From contig CP001848.1 in NCBI GenBank assembly GCA_000025185.1, positions 4,620,001 through 4,652,000 of the forward strand: 32,000 nt of DNA, read 5' to 3'. Positions within the stretch are counted from its first letter, which is position 1. Every line of letters begins with the position of its first letter. The notes under the pieces were generated by a model. The model had not been told where the DNA came from and did no database searches. It was given only the letters and a program-made list of their open reading frames with translations. Positions 8,024-16,580 of the stretch are shown here, piece by piece. The DNA is from Pirellula staleyi DSM 6068 (GTDB lineage: Bacteria; Planctomycetota; Planctomycetia; Pirellulales; Pirellulaceae). A program made the translations under genes and the position numbers.

Positions 8024-8956
8024 ATGAAACCGCACCGATTTGACGAGCTATTTTCGGCTTACATCAGCTTGGCAAGTTTACTTTGCAAGGCCAATGATGC
8101 CAGCGCGCTCATGCTCATGCTCAGCGGTCCGACCGATTGGAAAGAACTTCGCGAAAGCGTCGATAAACTCCGGATTGTCGTTGTAGCCGATACCCCCCAA
8201 GAACTCGCTGGTGCAGAGGATGCAGGCCTCGCCACGATCGTCCAAAACATGGCCGATTCGCCAGTGATCGAAAAAATGACCCAGGCGCTCCTCACCGGCG
8301 TGGCTCGCGAAATACTCACCCCTGGCGACGGTGTGGTGGTGGTTTACAGCGGGTTCGAAGCCGACGTCCTCGACTCCATCAGCTTCATCCGGCTCGATGA
8401 ACACCTGGGACGCCTCACCGCACGCGATCTCAAACAGCTCGAAACTAGCGTCCCTCTCGAGACCTTGAAAACGGTGGTCGATTTGGCGGTCGAAATTGGT
8501 CGCGAAGGGCGCGAGGGAAAAGCGGTCGGCACCCTGTTTGTCGTTGGCGATACCCGTAAGGTGCTCCAGCATTGTCAGCCCGCTGGCTACGACCCGGTGA
8601 AGGGCTACACACGTCCCGAGCGCGATCTCGACGACCCTCGTGTCCGCGAAGCGGTGAAAGAAATCGCCGTGCTCGACGGAGCGTTCATCGTTTCCCCCGA
8701 AGGGATCGTTGAGAAATCGGCTCAGCTGGTCGATGCCCCTTACGCCGATCTCACCTTATCCAAGGGACTGGGTGCCCGTCACTGGGCCGGTGCTGCGATC
8801 AGCAAAAGCACCAACGCCATTGCCGTGGTCGTCAGCCAATCGAGCGGCACCGTTCGCATTTTCCAAAACGGTCAGGTTGTGCTCCGAATCGAACCACTCC
8901 GTCAAGCGATGAAGTGGAAAGACTTCGAGTATGAGCCGCCACCCGCCGACGAATAA
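8024..8956 (+). CDS. Diadenylate cyclase (DAC/DisA_N) domain protein with a roughly 150-aa N-terminal alpha/beta domain (CdaZ/DacZ-like layout)
   Basis: The C-terminal half carries DAC motifs: GTLFVVGD, DGA (VLDGAFIV, 8675-8683), GARHWAGAAIS (RHW at 8777-8785) and AIAVVVSQSSGTVRIFQNG. The ATG at 8024 (MKPHRFDELF) is preferred. The tool's 7745 start adds 93 residues of Arg/Ala-rich sequence overlapping the previous gene's downstream region. Confidence 0.75.
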   Translation: MKPHRFDELFSAYISLASLLCKANDASALMLMLSGPTDWKELRESVDKLRIVVVADTPQELAGAEDAGLATIVQNMADSPVIEKMTQALLTGVAREILTPGDGVVVVYSGFEADVLDSISFIRLDEHLGRLTARDLKQLETSVPLETLKTVVDLAVEIGREGREGKAVGTLFVVGDTRKVLQHCQPAGYDPVKGYTRPERDLDDPRVREAVKEIAVLDGAFIVSPEGIVEKSAQLVDAPYADLTLSKGLGARHWAGAAISKSTNAIAVVVSQSSGTVRIFQNGQVVLRIEPLRQAMKWKDFEYEPPPADE

Positions 8957-9048
8957 TCGAGCCGTATGCAGGCAGGCCAACGCGCGGGTTTGGATCAGCG
9001 CCCGCATGCTCCTGCCTCCTCTCGCAGCATCTTGCTAAGGCCCTCTTC

Positions 9049-9531
9049 ATGCTCTCGATCCGCCTAGCTAACCTCGATGACGCCGCTGACGAGCAAATCG
9101 CCGTCGAACTGCTCGACATGTACTGCCGCGACGAAATGGGAGATAGCAAACCACTTTCCGAGCATGCACGTGCGAGCCTCTTTCCTGGATTGCGAGAACA
9201 TGGGGGCGGTGTCGTGCTGATCGCCTTTGAAACGAGCGATCCTCACCATCCGCTGCCAGTCGGTCTGGCAATTTGTCTGGTTGGCTTTTCATCGTTCCGT
9301 GGCAGTAAACTCCTCAACATTCACGATGTCGCCGTGAGCCCCGCTGCACGGGGGCAAGGAGTAGGCCGCCAATTGATGCAGGCGATCGAATCCGAGGCTC
9401 GCGCTCGATGCTGTACGAAGATTACGCTCGAAGTACGCAGCGATAATTTGCGGGCTCAGAAACTTTATGAGCAGGTTGGCTATCACGCTGCTGAGCCGCA
9501 GCAATGGTTCTGGTCAAAAATCCTCGATTAG
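9049..9531 (+). CDS. GNAT family N-acetyltransferase
   Basis: 160 aa. Acetyl-CoA motif A is present (VAVSPAARGQGVGRQLMQAIESEAR) along with a C-terminal N..A..LYE..GY pattern (NLRAQKLYEQVGY). Confidence 0.85.
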   Translation: MLSIRLANLDDAADEQIAVELLDMYCRDEMGDSKPLSEHARASLFPGLREHGGGVVLIAFETSDPHHPLPVGLAICLVGFSSFRGSKLLNIHDVAVSPAARGQGVGRQLMQAIESEARARCCTKITLEVRSDNLRAQKLYEQVGYHAAEPQQWFWSKILD

Positions 9532-9595
9532 TGCCGCCGCTCGTAAACCTGGAAAAACTTAGAAAACAACCACTACCAAAAACGCTCCTCACGGC

Positions 9596-10279
9596 TCAAG
9601 GCATGGCATCGATTTCTTCGAGCAAAGCGCGCGGCACACCGATATCGATCACGCGCACTTCGCCCAAATAAGAGCGACAAGCAGCAACCTGGCAGCACGG
9701 CTTGAGTGTCACAAACGTGCAGGTTACATCTGCTCTCACTGCCACCGTAGCGGCACCACCACTATCGCAGTCGATGCCGGTCGGCAGATCGACGGCCAGG
9801 GTACGGACCGAAGACTGGTTGATCGCTTCGATTGCCAGCCGCATCGCGCCTCGAGGCTCGCCTGTGGCTCCGGTGCCAAGCATCGCATCAACCAGCCAGT
9901 CCGCCTCGGCAAAGTGAGTCGCAATCGCCTCGGCCGTGGGTGTACGCGATAGATCGATGATTTTAATTTTCGCAAGATTCGCAATTGCATAGTTCACAGC
10001 TGCATCGCCGCGGAATTCGTTCGGAGCTGTTGTCAGCAGCACAATCACATCGACACCTGCCGCGTCTAAGTGTCGCGCGATCACCCAGCCATCGCCGCCG
10101 TTATTTCCTTTTCCCACCACAATTACCACGCGTCGGCACGGCGTACGCGCGAGCAGCTCATAGGCCACATTTCTCCCCGCATTTTCCATCAGCATCAGTC
10201 CGAGCATGCCATACTTGGCGATGGCCAGTTCATCGACAAGCCGCGACTTTCGCCGATCGTAGATTCGCTGCAGATCCAT
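9596..10279 (-). CDS. nnrE: NAD(P)H-hydrate epimerase (stand-alone YjeF N-terminal domain)
   Basis: 227 aa with the hallmark VVGKGNNGGDGWVIARHL and DAMLGTG motifs. No C-terminal carbohydrate-kinase (NnrD) domain is attached. Confidence 0.85.
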   Translation of the reverse strand: MDLQRIYDRRKSRLVDELAIAKYGMLGLMLMENAGRNVAYELLARTPCRRVVIVVGKGNNGGDGWVIARHLDAAGVDVIVLLTTAPNEFRGDAAVNYAIANLAKIKIIDLSRTPTAEAIATHFAEADWLVDAMLGTGATGEPRGAMRLAIEAINQSSVRTLAVDLPTGIDCDSGGAATVAVRADVTCTFVTLKPCCQVAACRSYLGEVRVIDIGVPRALLEEIDAMP

Positions 10280-10306
10280 GTTGCTCGATTCCGATCGAGG
10301 TATAAT
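10278..10306 (+). promoter_or_regulatory. Candidate sigma70-type promoter for the FmdB-like gene (perfect TATAAT, poor -35)
   Basis: TATAAT at 10301-10306 lies in the divergent nnrE/FmdB gap, 90 nt upstream of the ATG at 10396. The best -35 candidates (ATGTTG at 10278-10283, or TTGCTC at 10281-10286 with a short spacer) are weak. Confidence 0.35.
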
Positions 10307-10324
10307 TAAGTTCCAAGTTGCAAT

Positions 10325-10344
10325 ATCGCTCGTATTCGAGCGAT
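10325..10344 (+). repeat. Perfect 8-bp-stem hairpin in the putative 5' leader of the FmdB-like gene
   Basis: ATCGCTCG (10325-10332), loop TATT, CGAGCGAT (10337-10344). It lies between the TATAAT box and the GGAAGGAG RBS. Confidence 0.6.
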
Positions 10345-10395
10345 GTCTGTGTTACTGCGAAGTTGCCCCCCAGCGGCTGGAAGGAGTTTTAGACG

Positions 10396-10626
10396 ATGCC
10401 ACTGTACGAATACCATTGCCCAAGTTGTGAATCCGAGTTTGAGCTGCTGGTTCGCAGCGACGATACTCCCGCATGCCCCAGCTGCGAGTCGCCCAAAATC
10501 GAGCGGCTGCTAAGTGCTCCCGCTGCTCACACGAGTGGAGCTTCGCTCCCGATGGCTCAATCGATGCCCGGTGGGGGCTGCGGCAAACCTCAGTGTGGAC
10601 AAGGCTTCTGCGGCATGGGTGGCTGA
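10396..10626 (+). CDS. FmdB-family zinc-ribbon protein (CxxC-x-CxxC) with Gly/Cys-rich tail
   Basis: The signature N-terminus is MPLYEYHCPSCESEFELLVRSDDTPACPSCES. There is a strong RBS (GGAAGGAG, 9 nt upstream). The C-terminal tail reads GGGCGKPQCGQGFCGMGG. Confidence 0.8.
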   Translation: MPLYEYHCPSCESEFELLVRSDDTPACPSCESPKIERLLSAPAAHTSGASLPMAQSMPGGGCGKPQCGQGFCGMGG

Positions 10627-10660
10627 TATAGCACTCCTTTCCTCGAACGAAGGTGCACCA

Positions 10661-11326
10661 TTGGCTGATAACCCGGTTGTTGTTTATCGTGCCGCCAGTG
10701 CTCAGCAGGCGTACCTGCTCAAGTCGCTCCTGGAAGAGCAGGGGATCGAAAGCTTCGTCGTCAACGACATGCTGCAAGCGGCCGGTGGCGATCTCCCGCT
10801 CGGCTGGGTTTCACTACCGCAGTTGCTTGTTGGCGAGCACGATGTCGAGAAGGCCCTGCAAGCTATCGGCAATTTCGAAGCCACGATTGCTCACAGCGAC
10901 TCGACCAGCGCTACTCAGAAGTCAGCAGAACTGGGCCACCAGCACGAAGAGTATCCAGCGGGAACCTCAGTCATCGAAGCTTGGCCTACTTGCCGCAAAT
11001 GTGGTGAGCGGCGGCAAGTGACATGCGACTACTGTGGCACCTCGGGGAACAACTTTAGGCTTGTCGACGAGTCGACTGACGAGGGAGACGACGAGCGTGC
11101 TCCGCTGCTGCTGTGCCACACGTGCGACGAGCAGTTCGCAGCAAAGTACTATCCACGTTGCCATCTGTGCGGCTATCTCTTCGAGCCTTCGGCAACCGAC
11201 GCATCTGCCGACGATCCGGCCACACGTGCACGCGACCTGGGGGTCGAATCACGCGTGCTTCTGGTGATCGTCGCTAGCATCGCAATCCTCTCGGGGCTGA
11301 TTGGCTACTTCTGCTACGTACTGTGA
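10661..11326 (+). CDS. DUF2007-like N-terminal domain, four CxxC (double zinc-ribbon-like), C-terminal transmembrane anchor (hypothetical)
   Basis: The N-terminus (PVVVYRAASAQQAYLLKSLLEEQGIESFVVND...LLVGEHDVEKALQAI) resembles the DUF2007 'putative signal transducing' fold. It is followed by CRKC...CDYC...CHTC...CHLC and a terminal hydrophobic helix (VLLVIVASIAILSGLIGYFCYVL). The start is uncertain. I prefer the TTG at 10661 because of GAAGGTG 5 nt upstream. A GTG at 10619 would overlap the upstream stop. The tool's ATG at 10514 overlaps 113 nt of the FmdB gene. Confidence 0.6.
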   Translation: MADNPVVVYRAASAQQAYLLKSLLEEQGIESFVVNDMLQAAGGDLPLGWVSLPQLLVGEHDVEKALQAIGNFEATIAHSDSTSATQKSAELGHQHEEYPAGTSVIEAWPTCRKCGERRQVTCDYCGTSGNNFRLVDESTDEGDDERAPLLLCHTCDEQFAAKYYPRCHLCGYLFEPSATDASADDPATRARDLGVESRVLLVIVASIAILSGLIGYFCYVL

Positions 11327-11347
11327 TGCGGCGCCGGAACAAGCGAT

Positions 11348-12274
11348 TTACGCTTTTTCGACGATCTTTGACCACAACTTCCATAGACTCGTCTGCCGCG
11401 CATCGCTCCACCAAGCTCGAAACTTCGCAATCTTTTCGCTGGCAAGTTTCTTCTCGCGCGCTGCACGGATGCTGATCCATTTTCGTTCAGCCGCCGACCA
11501 TTTCTTCGCTTTCAGCAAGTCCGCGAGATGCTGCGACTGTGTCGCGTGATCGCAAATCGCACCGAGTCGATCTTGGACGAGCGAGAGACGTTGGTAGAGC
11601 ACATCGCGAAACGATTCGTCGAAGCTGCTTGCCGCAATTTCCATCGCATAACGCAAACGCTTCCCTGCGATTCGTAGTTCATGCAGCGCGGACACAGCAC
11701 GAGGCTTCGCGCGAGATTGCTCGAAAAACGCTTCCGCCAGGGGCGCCAGTTGCGACTGAAAAAACGGCATGAGCGCATCCTGATGCCGACTCTGCTTTAC
11801 AAGCGATTTCACCCTCTTCTGCTCGCGGGCAATCTTTCCTTGATCGATCCATTGCTTCCGCAACTTTCGCAAAGGAGTCGCATACCCGGCACGCTCCTGG
11901 CGTATGAAATTGGCAACACCTTCGGCGGTAGCGCCGGAATCGTGCGCAGTAATCTGCGCGAGCAGCACATCACGGTCGCGCAGAGGCCCAGCCGCGCGAC
12001 GCAGCAGCTTGAGTGAAGTGAGAAGTTGCTTGGATTTCGACTTCACCAGCAGCGTGCGGAACAGCTTGATGGCAGCTTCACTACGTCGGCACCAAACGCG
12101 CAGCTGATGCACTCCCTCGACCTGCGAGAGATCGCGTCCCGAGAGTTGCTGCAGGTAGTGCTCAACCCCGATCAGCCGAGCCGCGATGACTTCGCGCGCA
12201 AGCTTAGCGACACGATCTTTCTTCGCACGTTCCACCGACCTGCTGGGGGTAAACCACTTTTGCAGCCTGACCAT
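11348..12274 (-). CDS. CHAD domain protein (polyphosphate-associated helical domain)
   Basis: An all-helical 308-aa protein with the recurring CHAD His/Arg patterns (VEGVHQLRVWCRRSEAAIKLF; ALHELRIAGKRLRYAMEI). It is the last gene of the ppk/ppx run. Confidence 0.75.
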   Translation of the reverse strand: MVRLQKWFTPSRSVERAKKDRVAKLAREVIAARLIGVEHYLQQLSGRDLSQVEGVHQLRVWCRRSEAAIKLFRTLLVKSKSKQLLTSLKLLRRAAGPLRDRDVLLAQITAHDSGATAEGVANFIRQERAGYATPLRKLRKQWIDQGKIAREQKRVKSLVKQSRHQDALMPFFQSQLAPLAEAFFEQSRAKPRAVSALHELRIAGKRLRYAMEIAASSFDESFRDVLYQRLSLVQDRLGAICDHATQSQHLADLLKAKKWSAAERKWISIRAAREKKLASEKIAKFRAWWSDARQTSLWKLWSKIVEKA

Positions 12275-12328
12275 ACCATTTGGCTCGCGATCCGATGGAG
12301 CAACTCAAAGTGAGTCGCTTGCAACACT

Positions 12329-12829
12329 CTAGGCTAATTCGCGAGGCTGCCAGATGCGAATAAAACGGCCACGAACGCTTAAATTCAGGTCGCGCCAAGA
12401 CTCGATCGGGAGCTCGATTTTTGCAAGGGCTGCTGTCGTAATGGCCGGGCATTCACCGGAAATTGCTGCCAGCAATTCTTCAATTCCAGGGTTATGACCG
12501 ACCAGCAACACAGTCGCCGCTGGTTCGGGAACGGCTGAAATGACAGCGATTTGCCGATCGATATTGGATTCGTAAAGCTCGCTCGTGATTCGAGTTTCGC
12601 CACGGAAGCCACAAGCCTGAGCAACATGTTCGGCTGTTCGTCGCGCACGTTTGGCCGACGAGGTGAGCATAAAATCGGGCACCATCTGCTCGTCGCGCAA
12701 AAGTTCACCCATCCGCGGCGCATCACGTTTCCCACGTTTATTCAGCGGACGATCGTGATCATCGAGCTCATTATCTTTCCAACTCGATTTCGCATGGCGG
12801 AGCAACAGCAGCGTCTTCATAAGGTTCAT
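12329..12829 (-). CDS. sixA: SixA-type histidine phosphatase superfamily protein (phosphohistidine phosphatase-like)
   Basis: 166 aa. It has the N-terminal catalytic motif LLLLRHAKS, then RPLNKRGKRDA, and a second His motif (LLVGHNPG). Confidence 0.75.
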   Translation of the reverse strand: MNLMKTLLLLRHAKSSWKDNELDDHDRPLNKRGKRDAPRMGELLRDEQMVPDFMLTSSAKRARRTAEHVAQACGFRGETRITSELYESNIDRQIAVISAVPEPAATVLLVGHNPGIEELLAAISGECPAITTAALAKIELPIESWRDLNLSVRGRFIRIWQPRELA

Positions 12830-12856
12830 TCTTCAGGGCTAATCAGGTCCGCGCGA

Positions 12857-14974
12857 CTAGGAATTCGCGCCGGGAGCCATGTGTGGTTCAAAGGTGGTGC
12901 GTCTGGATTGCTCGGCCTGCTTCACTTGCTGACAGGCATCTTCATAAAGCAGTTCTTGGCTTCGCCGACGTTTCTTCCGTCCTTGCGGCTTCAGAAGTGT
13001 GTATTGCCCACTTGGATTGAGAAGCCGCGCTTTCACGTTGTCGTCGAAATACGTTTCGAGCGCTGCTACGAGTCGCGTCTTGCACGGAACATCTTCCACC
13101 GGAATCAAAAGTTCGATACGCCGGTCGATGTTCCGTTGCATCCAGTCGGCCGACGATATGAACACCAGGTTATCGCCGCCATGATGGAATCGCAGCACAC
13201 GTGCATGCTCCAGGAAACGATCGATCACGCTCACCACTCGAATGTTTTCGGAGAGTCCGGGAACGCCAGGAACAAGACAACAAACGCCACGAATATTGAG
13301 GCGAATCGGCACGCCTGCTTGTGAGGCGCTATAAAGCGACTCGATGAGTTCGGGGTCGACTAAGGCGTTGAGCTTGACGTCGATCGCCGCTTTTTGGCCC
13401 GCCAGCTTTCGCTTGGTTTCACCTTCGATGAGTTCGAGCAATCGCGTTCGCAAACCAATCGGCGCTGCTTCGAGTTTTCGATAGCGCTGGGGCTGGGAAT
13501 AGCCGGTAATCGCGTTAAAAAACATCACCGCATCGGCACCGAGCTCTTCGTTGCTCGTAAGCAAACTGGCATCGCTGTAAATGCGCGACGTAATCTCGTT
13601 ATAGTTTCCCGTGCCGAAGTGAACGTAGCGCTGAATCCCTTGCGGCTCGCGGCGAACAATAATGCAGGTCTTGGCGTGGGTCTTCAGTCCCTTCACGCCA
13701 TACACCACCTGCACACCCGCTTCTTCCAGATTGCGAGCCCATTCGATGTTGCGGGCTTCGTCGAATCGAGCCTTCAGCTCGACGATTGCCGTCACCGATT
13801 TTCCACGCTGAGCTGCTCGTGCAAGCGCCGTCACGATGGGGCTGTTGCGACTCGTGCGATAAAGAATCTGCTTGATTGCCAGCACGTCGGGATCGACAGC
13901 AGCCTCTTCAATCAGACGCATCACCGGCTCGAACGACTGATACGGATGTAGCAGCAGCAGATCGCGCCGCGCGAGCGTCTCGAACATACTCGCGCCGGGC
14001 TCGACCTGGGGAGAAGCCTGTGCGGGCCACGGTTCGTAGCGATGCTGCTCGAAACCCTTCAGGTCGGTCAACTGCATGAGGGTCGAGAGATCGATCGGCC
14101 CAGGAGCAAAGAAGACATCGCGATCCTCGACCGCAAGCGACTCTTTGAGGAAGGCGACAAGCTCAGGTCCCGCACAAGCGGCCACTTCCAGTCGCACACA
14201 TTCGCCATGCTTACGTGCGAGAAGAATATCTTCCATTCCCGCGAGCAGATCGGGGGCAAGATCGTCGCGCAGGCTAAAGTCGGCATTCCGTGTGATGCGA
14301 AAGGCCGCATGTCCCGTCACCACTTCGCCCGGGAAAAACCGCTCGACAAAACGGCCCACCACATCTTCCAGTAAGACGTAGGCCGTCCCACGCTCCGCGC
14401 TGAGCGTGAGGAAGCGGGGAAGCACTTTTCCTAGTGGAATGACTGCAAAACGAGGCTTTCCAGGCGCATCGCTCGATGGAGCGAGTTGCACACAGACGCT
14501 GAGCGTTTGATTACCAAGCAGCGGAAACTCGGCGCAAGTGGCAATGGCCATCGGTGTCAGGACCGAGAATATCTCGCCATCAAAAACTTGTTCCACCGCT
14601 TTGGCTTGGCGTTCGCTCAGTTCCTGTCCAGGGACGCGCCGCAAACCGGCTGCTGTCAACTGCGGCTCGAGTTCCTTCAGGAAGCACTCATACTGGTCGG
14701 CCATCATCTGGTGAGCGCGCACGCTGATCGAATCGAGCTGCGCCAGAGGTGTCATGCCACTGGGATCGTTTGTCGTGATTCCACGGTTCACGAGCACACG
14801 CAATCCGCCGACACGAACCATGAAAAATTCGTCGAGATTGCTACCCGTGATGGCGATAAACTTCAGCCGCTCGAGAAGTGGAATTTGATCGTCGCGAGCT
14901 TCGTCGAGCACGCGCTGATTGAATTCCAGCCAGCTAAGTTCGCGATTGAAAAAACGAGGATGAGTTTGCGTCAT
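12857..14974 (-). CDS. ppk: Polyphosphate kinase 1
   Basis: 705 aa. The PPK1 N-terminus is canonical (FFNRELSWLEFNQRVLDEA). The two PLD-like C-terminal domain motifs are present (GLKTHAKTCIIVR; DRFLEHARVLRF). Confidence 0.95.
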   Translation of the reverse strand: MTQTHPRFFNRELSWLEFNQRVLDEARDDQIPLLERLKFIAITGSNLDEFFMVRVGGLRVLVNRGITTNDPSGMTPLAQLDSISVRAHQMMADQYECFLKELEPQLTAAGLRRVPGQELSERQAKAVEQVFDGEIFSVLTPMAIATCAEFPLLGNQTLSVCVQLAPSSDAPGKPRFAVIPLGKVLPRFLTLSAERGTAYVLLEDVVGRFVERFFPGEVVTGHAAFRITRNADFSLRDDLAPDLLAGMEDILLARKHGECVRLEVAACAGPELVAFLKESLAVEDRDVFFAPGPIDLSTLMQLTDLKGFEQHRYEPWPAQASPQVEPGASMFETLARRDLLLLHPYQSFEPVMRLIEEAAVDPDVLAIKQILYRTSRNSPIVTALARAAQRGKSVTAIVELKARFDEARNIEWARNLEEAGVQVVYGVKGLKTHAKTCIIVRREPQGIQRYVHFGTGNYNEITSRIYSDASLLTSNEELGADAVMFFNAITGYSQPQRYRKLEAAPIGLRTRLLELIEGETKRKLAGQKAAIDVKLNALVDPELIESLYSASQAGVPIRLNIRGVCCLVPGVPGLSENIRVVSVIDRFLEHARVLRFHHGGDNLVFISSADWMQRNIDRRIELLIPVEDVPCKTRLVAALETYFDDNVKARLLNPSGQYTLLKPQGRKKRRRSQELLYEDACQQVKQAEQSRRTTFEPHMAPGANS

Positions 14975-14999
14975 GGAAAAATAGTCTTGCGGTCAATCG

Positions 15000-16580
15000 T
15001 TAGCGGCGTGCCATGCGCAGCAGGACTGGCATGCCGAATGTTTCTTCAAAGAGTAGTCCGTTCTGCTTGAGCGCGAGTTGCTCGAGCGACAGATCCTCGA
15101 CACGAGGGATCGAAATCACGAGTCGTCCCCCTTCTTGATGACAGGTCGCTTCGTGAATCCGTTGGCTACGCGATTCATCGAGCGCCACAGCGACACGCAG
15201 AATCGCCGCGAGCTTGGCCACCGCCACGCGTCCGTCGCGATCGAGGGTCGAATACCCTTCGTGCGTTGGTTGCGGCGATGCGCGGCGATGATAGCGGGCG
15301 ATAAGCGCCGCGAGGAGCAGGTCGCGTTTGGCAAGCCCAAACAACTCGCTGTTGCGGATCACATAGAGCGAATGCTTGTGGTAGCTGCGATTGCTCACAA
15401 ACAGCCCCACTTCATGCAGCAGCGCGGCGGTGTAGAGGATCACTTCATAGCGGGGCGGAAGCTGATGCTCGTCGCGAAGCTGATGAAACAGACTGCTCGA
15501 CAAATCAGCTACATGCAGCGCATGCTGTTCGTCAAAACCATACTTGCGTCCCAAATCAATGGCCGAGCGGATGATTTGCTTACTGAACTCTTTCGACCAC
15601 GAACTGCCGGTCGACATTTCCTTGAGTAGACCATCGCGAAGATTCACGTTGGTGATTAGCAGCTCGCGCACTTTGAGCTCTCGCGCAAGAAGCACATACG
15701 CCAAAAGGGCGGGCCCTAGCGTTTCCGCATCGGGATAACTGAGCTGAAACTTGCGCACGAGCCGGTCATCCGACATACCGAGCACGCGATCGGTGAACTC
15801 TTCGAGCCCAGCAAGCGGCATCCGCACCAGGCTTCGACCATCCCAGCCCGGAGTGAGGTATCGCGCGGCGACTCGCACGTCCCCTCCCATCGCGATCAAT
15901 TCAATCGGTCCTTCGCCACTCACATGCTCCACCATCTCTTCGACCGTACGCAGAATGTGCGTCTCCATGATGTGACGCAGTTTGACGGTCGGCGCGCGAA
16001 ATGCTTCGAGCGTTTCACGGAGGCGCAGTGAACCGAGGCGATAGGTGTGCGAGTAAACCACATCCCCTTGTTTCACGAGCAGCATTTCGGTGCTGCCACC
16101 ACCGATCTCCGTGACGACAGCGCGCGAACTAGCGAGGCTTTGATCAGCGGTCAGGAGTGGCTGGATACCGAGGAAGGTGATCCGATTCACTTCAGCTTCA
16201 TCGATCGGATCGACTTGAAATCCGGTGGCAATGTACACCCGATCGACAAACGCCAAACGATTGGTCGCCTCGCGCACCGCGCTAGTAGCCACCACACGCA
16301 CATGCTCGGCGAGATCAATCGAGTATTCGCGCAGCACCTTGCGATAGCTCTTGAGGACGCGCACGCAATCTTCGATCGTTGATTTCGCAATAGCTCCACC
16401 GGTGAACGCATCTTTTCCAAGGCTCACGGCCTGCGTCAATGTTTCGAGCGTCCGAACCTCCCCCTGCGGGCTGATCTCTGCGATCGCCATGCGGACACTC
16501 GACGTACCGATGTCGATCACCGCAACGGGCTTATTGGAACTCGGGGTAGGGGTGGCTGGTCGCGATTCCACGGAGCTCAT
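15000..16580 (-). CDS. ppx: Exopolyphosphatase (Ppx/GppA family with C-terminal HD domain)
   Basis: ASKHA phosphate-1 motif VAVIDIGTSSVRMAI, then EIGGGSTE, and an HD-region (LYTAALLHEVGLFVSNRSYHKHS). The ATG at 16580 overlaps the upstream stop as ATGA (16577-16580). I prefer it over the tool's 16613 start. Confidence 0.9.
   Translation of the reverse strand: MSSVESRPATPTPSSNKPVAVIDIGTSSVRMAIAEISPQGEVRTLETLTQAVSLGKDAFTGGAIAKSTIEDCVRVLKSYRKVLREYSIDLAEHVRVVATSAVREATNRLAFVDRVYIATGFQVDPIDEAEVNRITFLGIQPLLTADQSLASSRAVVTEIGGGSTEMLLVKQGDVVYSHTYRLGSLRLRETLEAFRAPTVKLRHIMETHILRTVEEMVEHVSGEGPIELIAMGGDVRVAARYLTPGWDGRSLVRMPLAGLEEFTDRVLGMSDDRLVRKFQLSYPDAETLGPALLAYVLLARELKVRELLITNVNLRDGLLKEMSTGSSWSKEFSKQIIRSAIDLGRKYGFDEQHALHVADLSSSLFHQLRDEHQLPPRYEVILYTAALLHEVGLFVSNRSYHKHSLYVIRNSELFGLAKRDLLLAALIARYHRRASPQPTHEGYSTLDRDGRVAVAKLAAILRVAVALDESRSQRIHEATCHQEGGRLVISIPRVEDLSLEQLALKQNGLLFEETFGMPVLLRMARR

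Noticed and set aside
10514-10660. An ATG at 10514 as the start of the DUF2007/zinc-ribbon gene.
   Set aside because: It would overlap 113 nt of the well-supported FmdB-like CDS in another frame and add a non-homologous Arg/Leu-rich leader. The TTG at 10661 (with an RBS) or the GTG at 10619 are more plausible.
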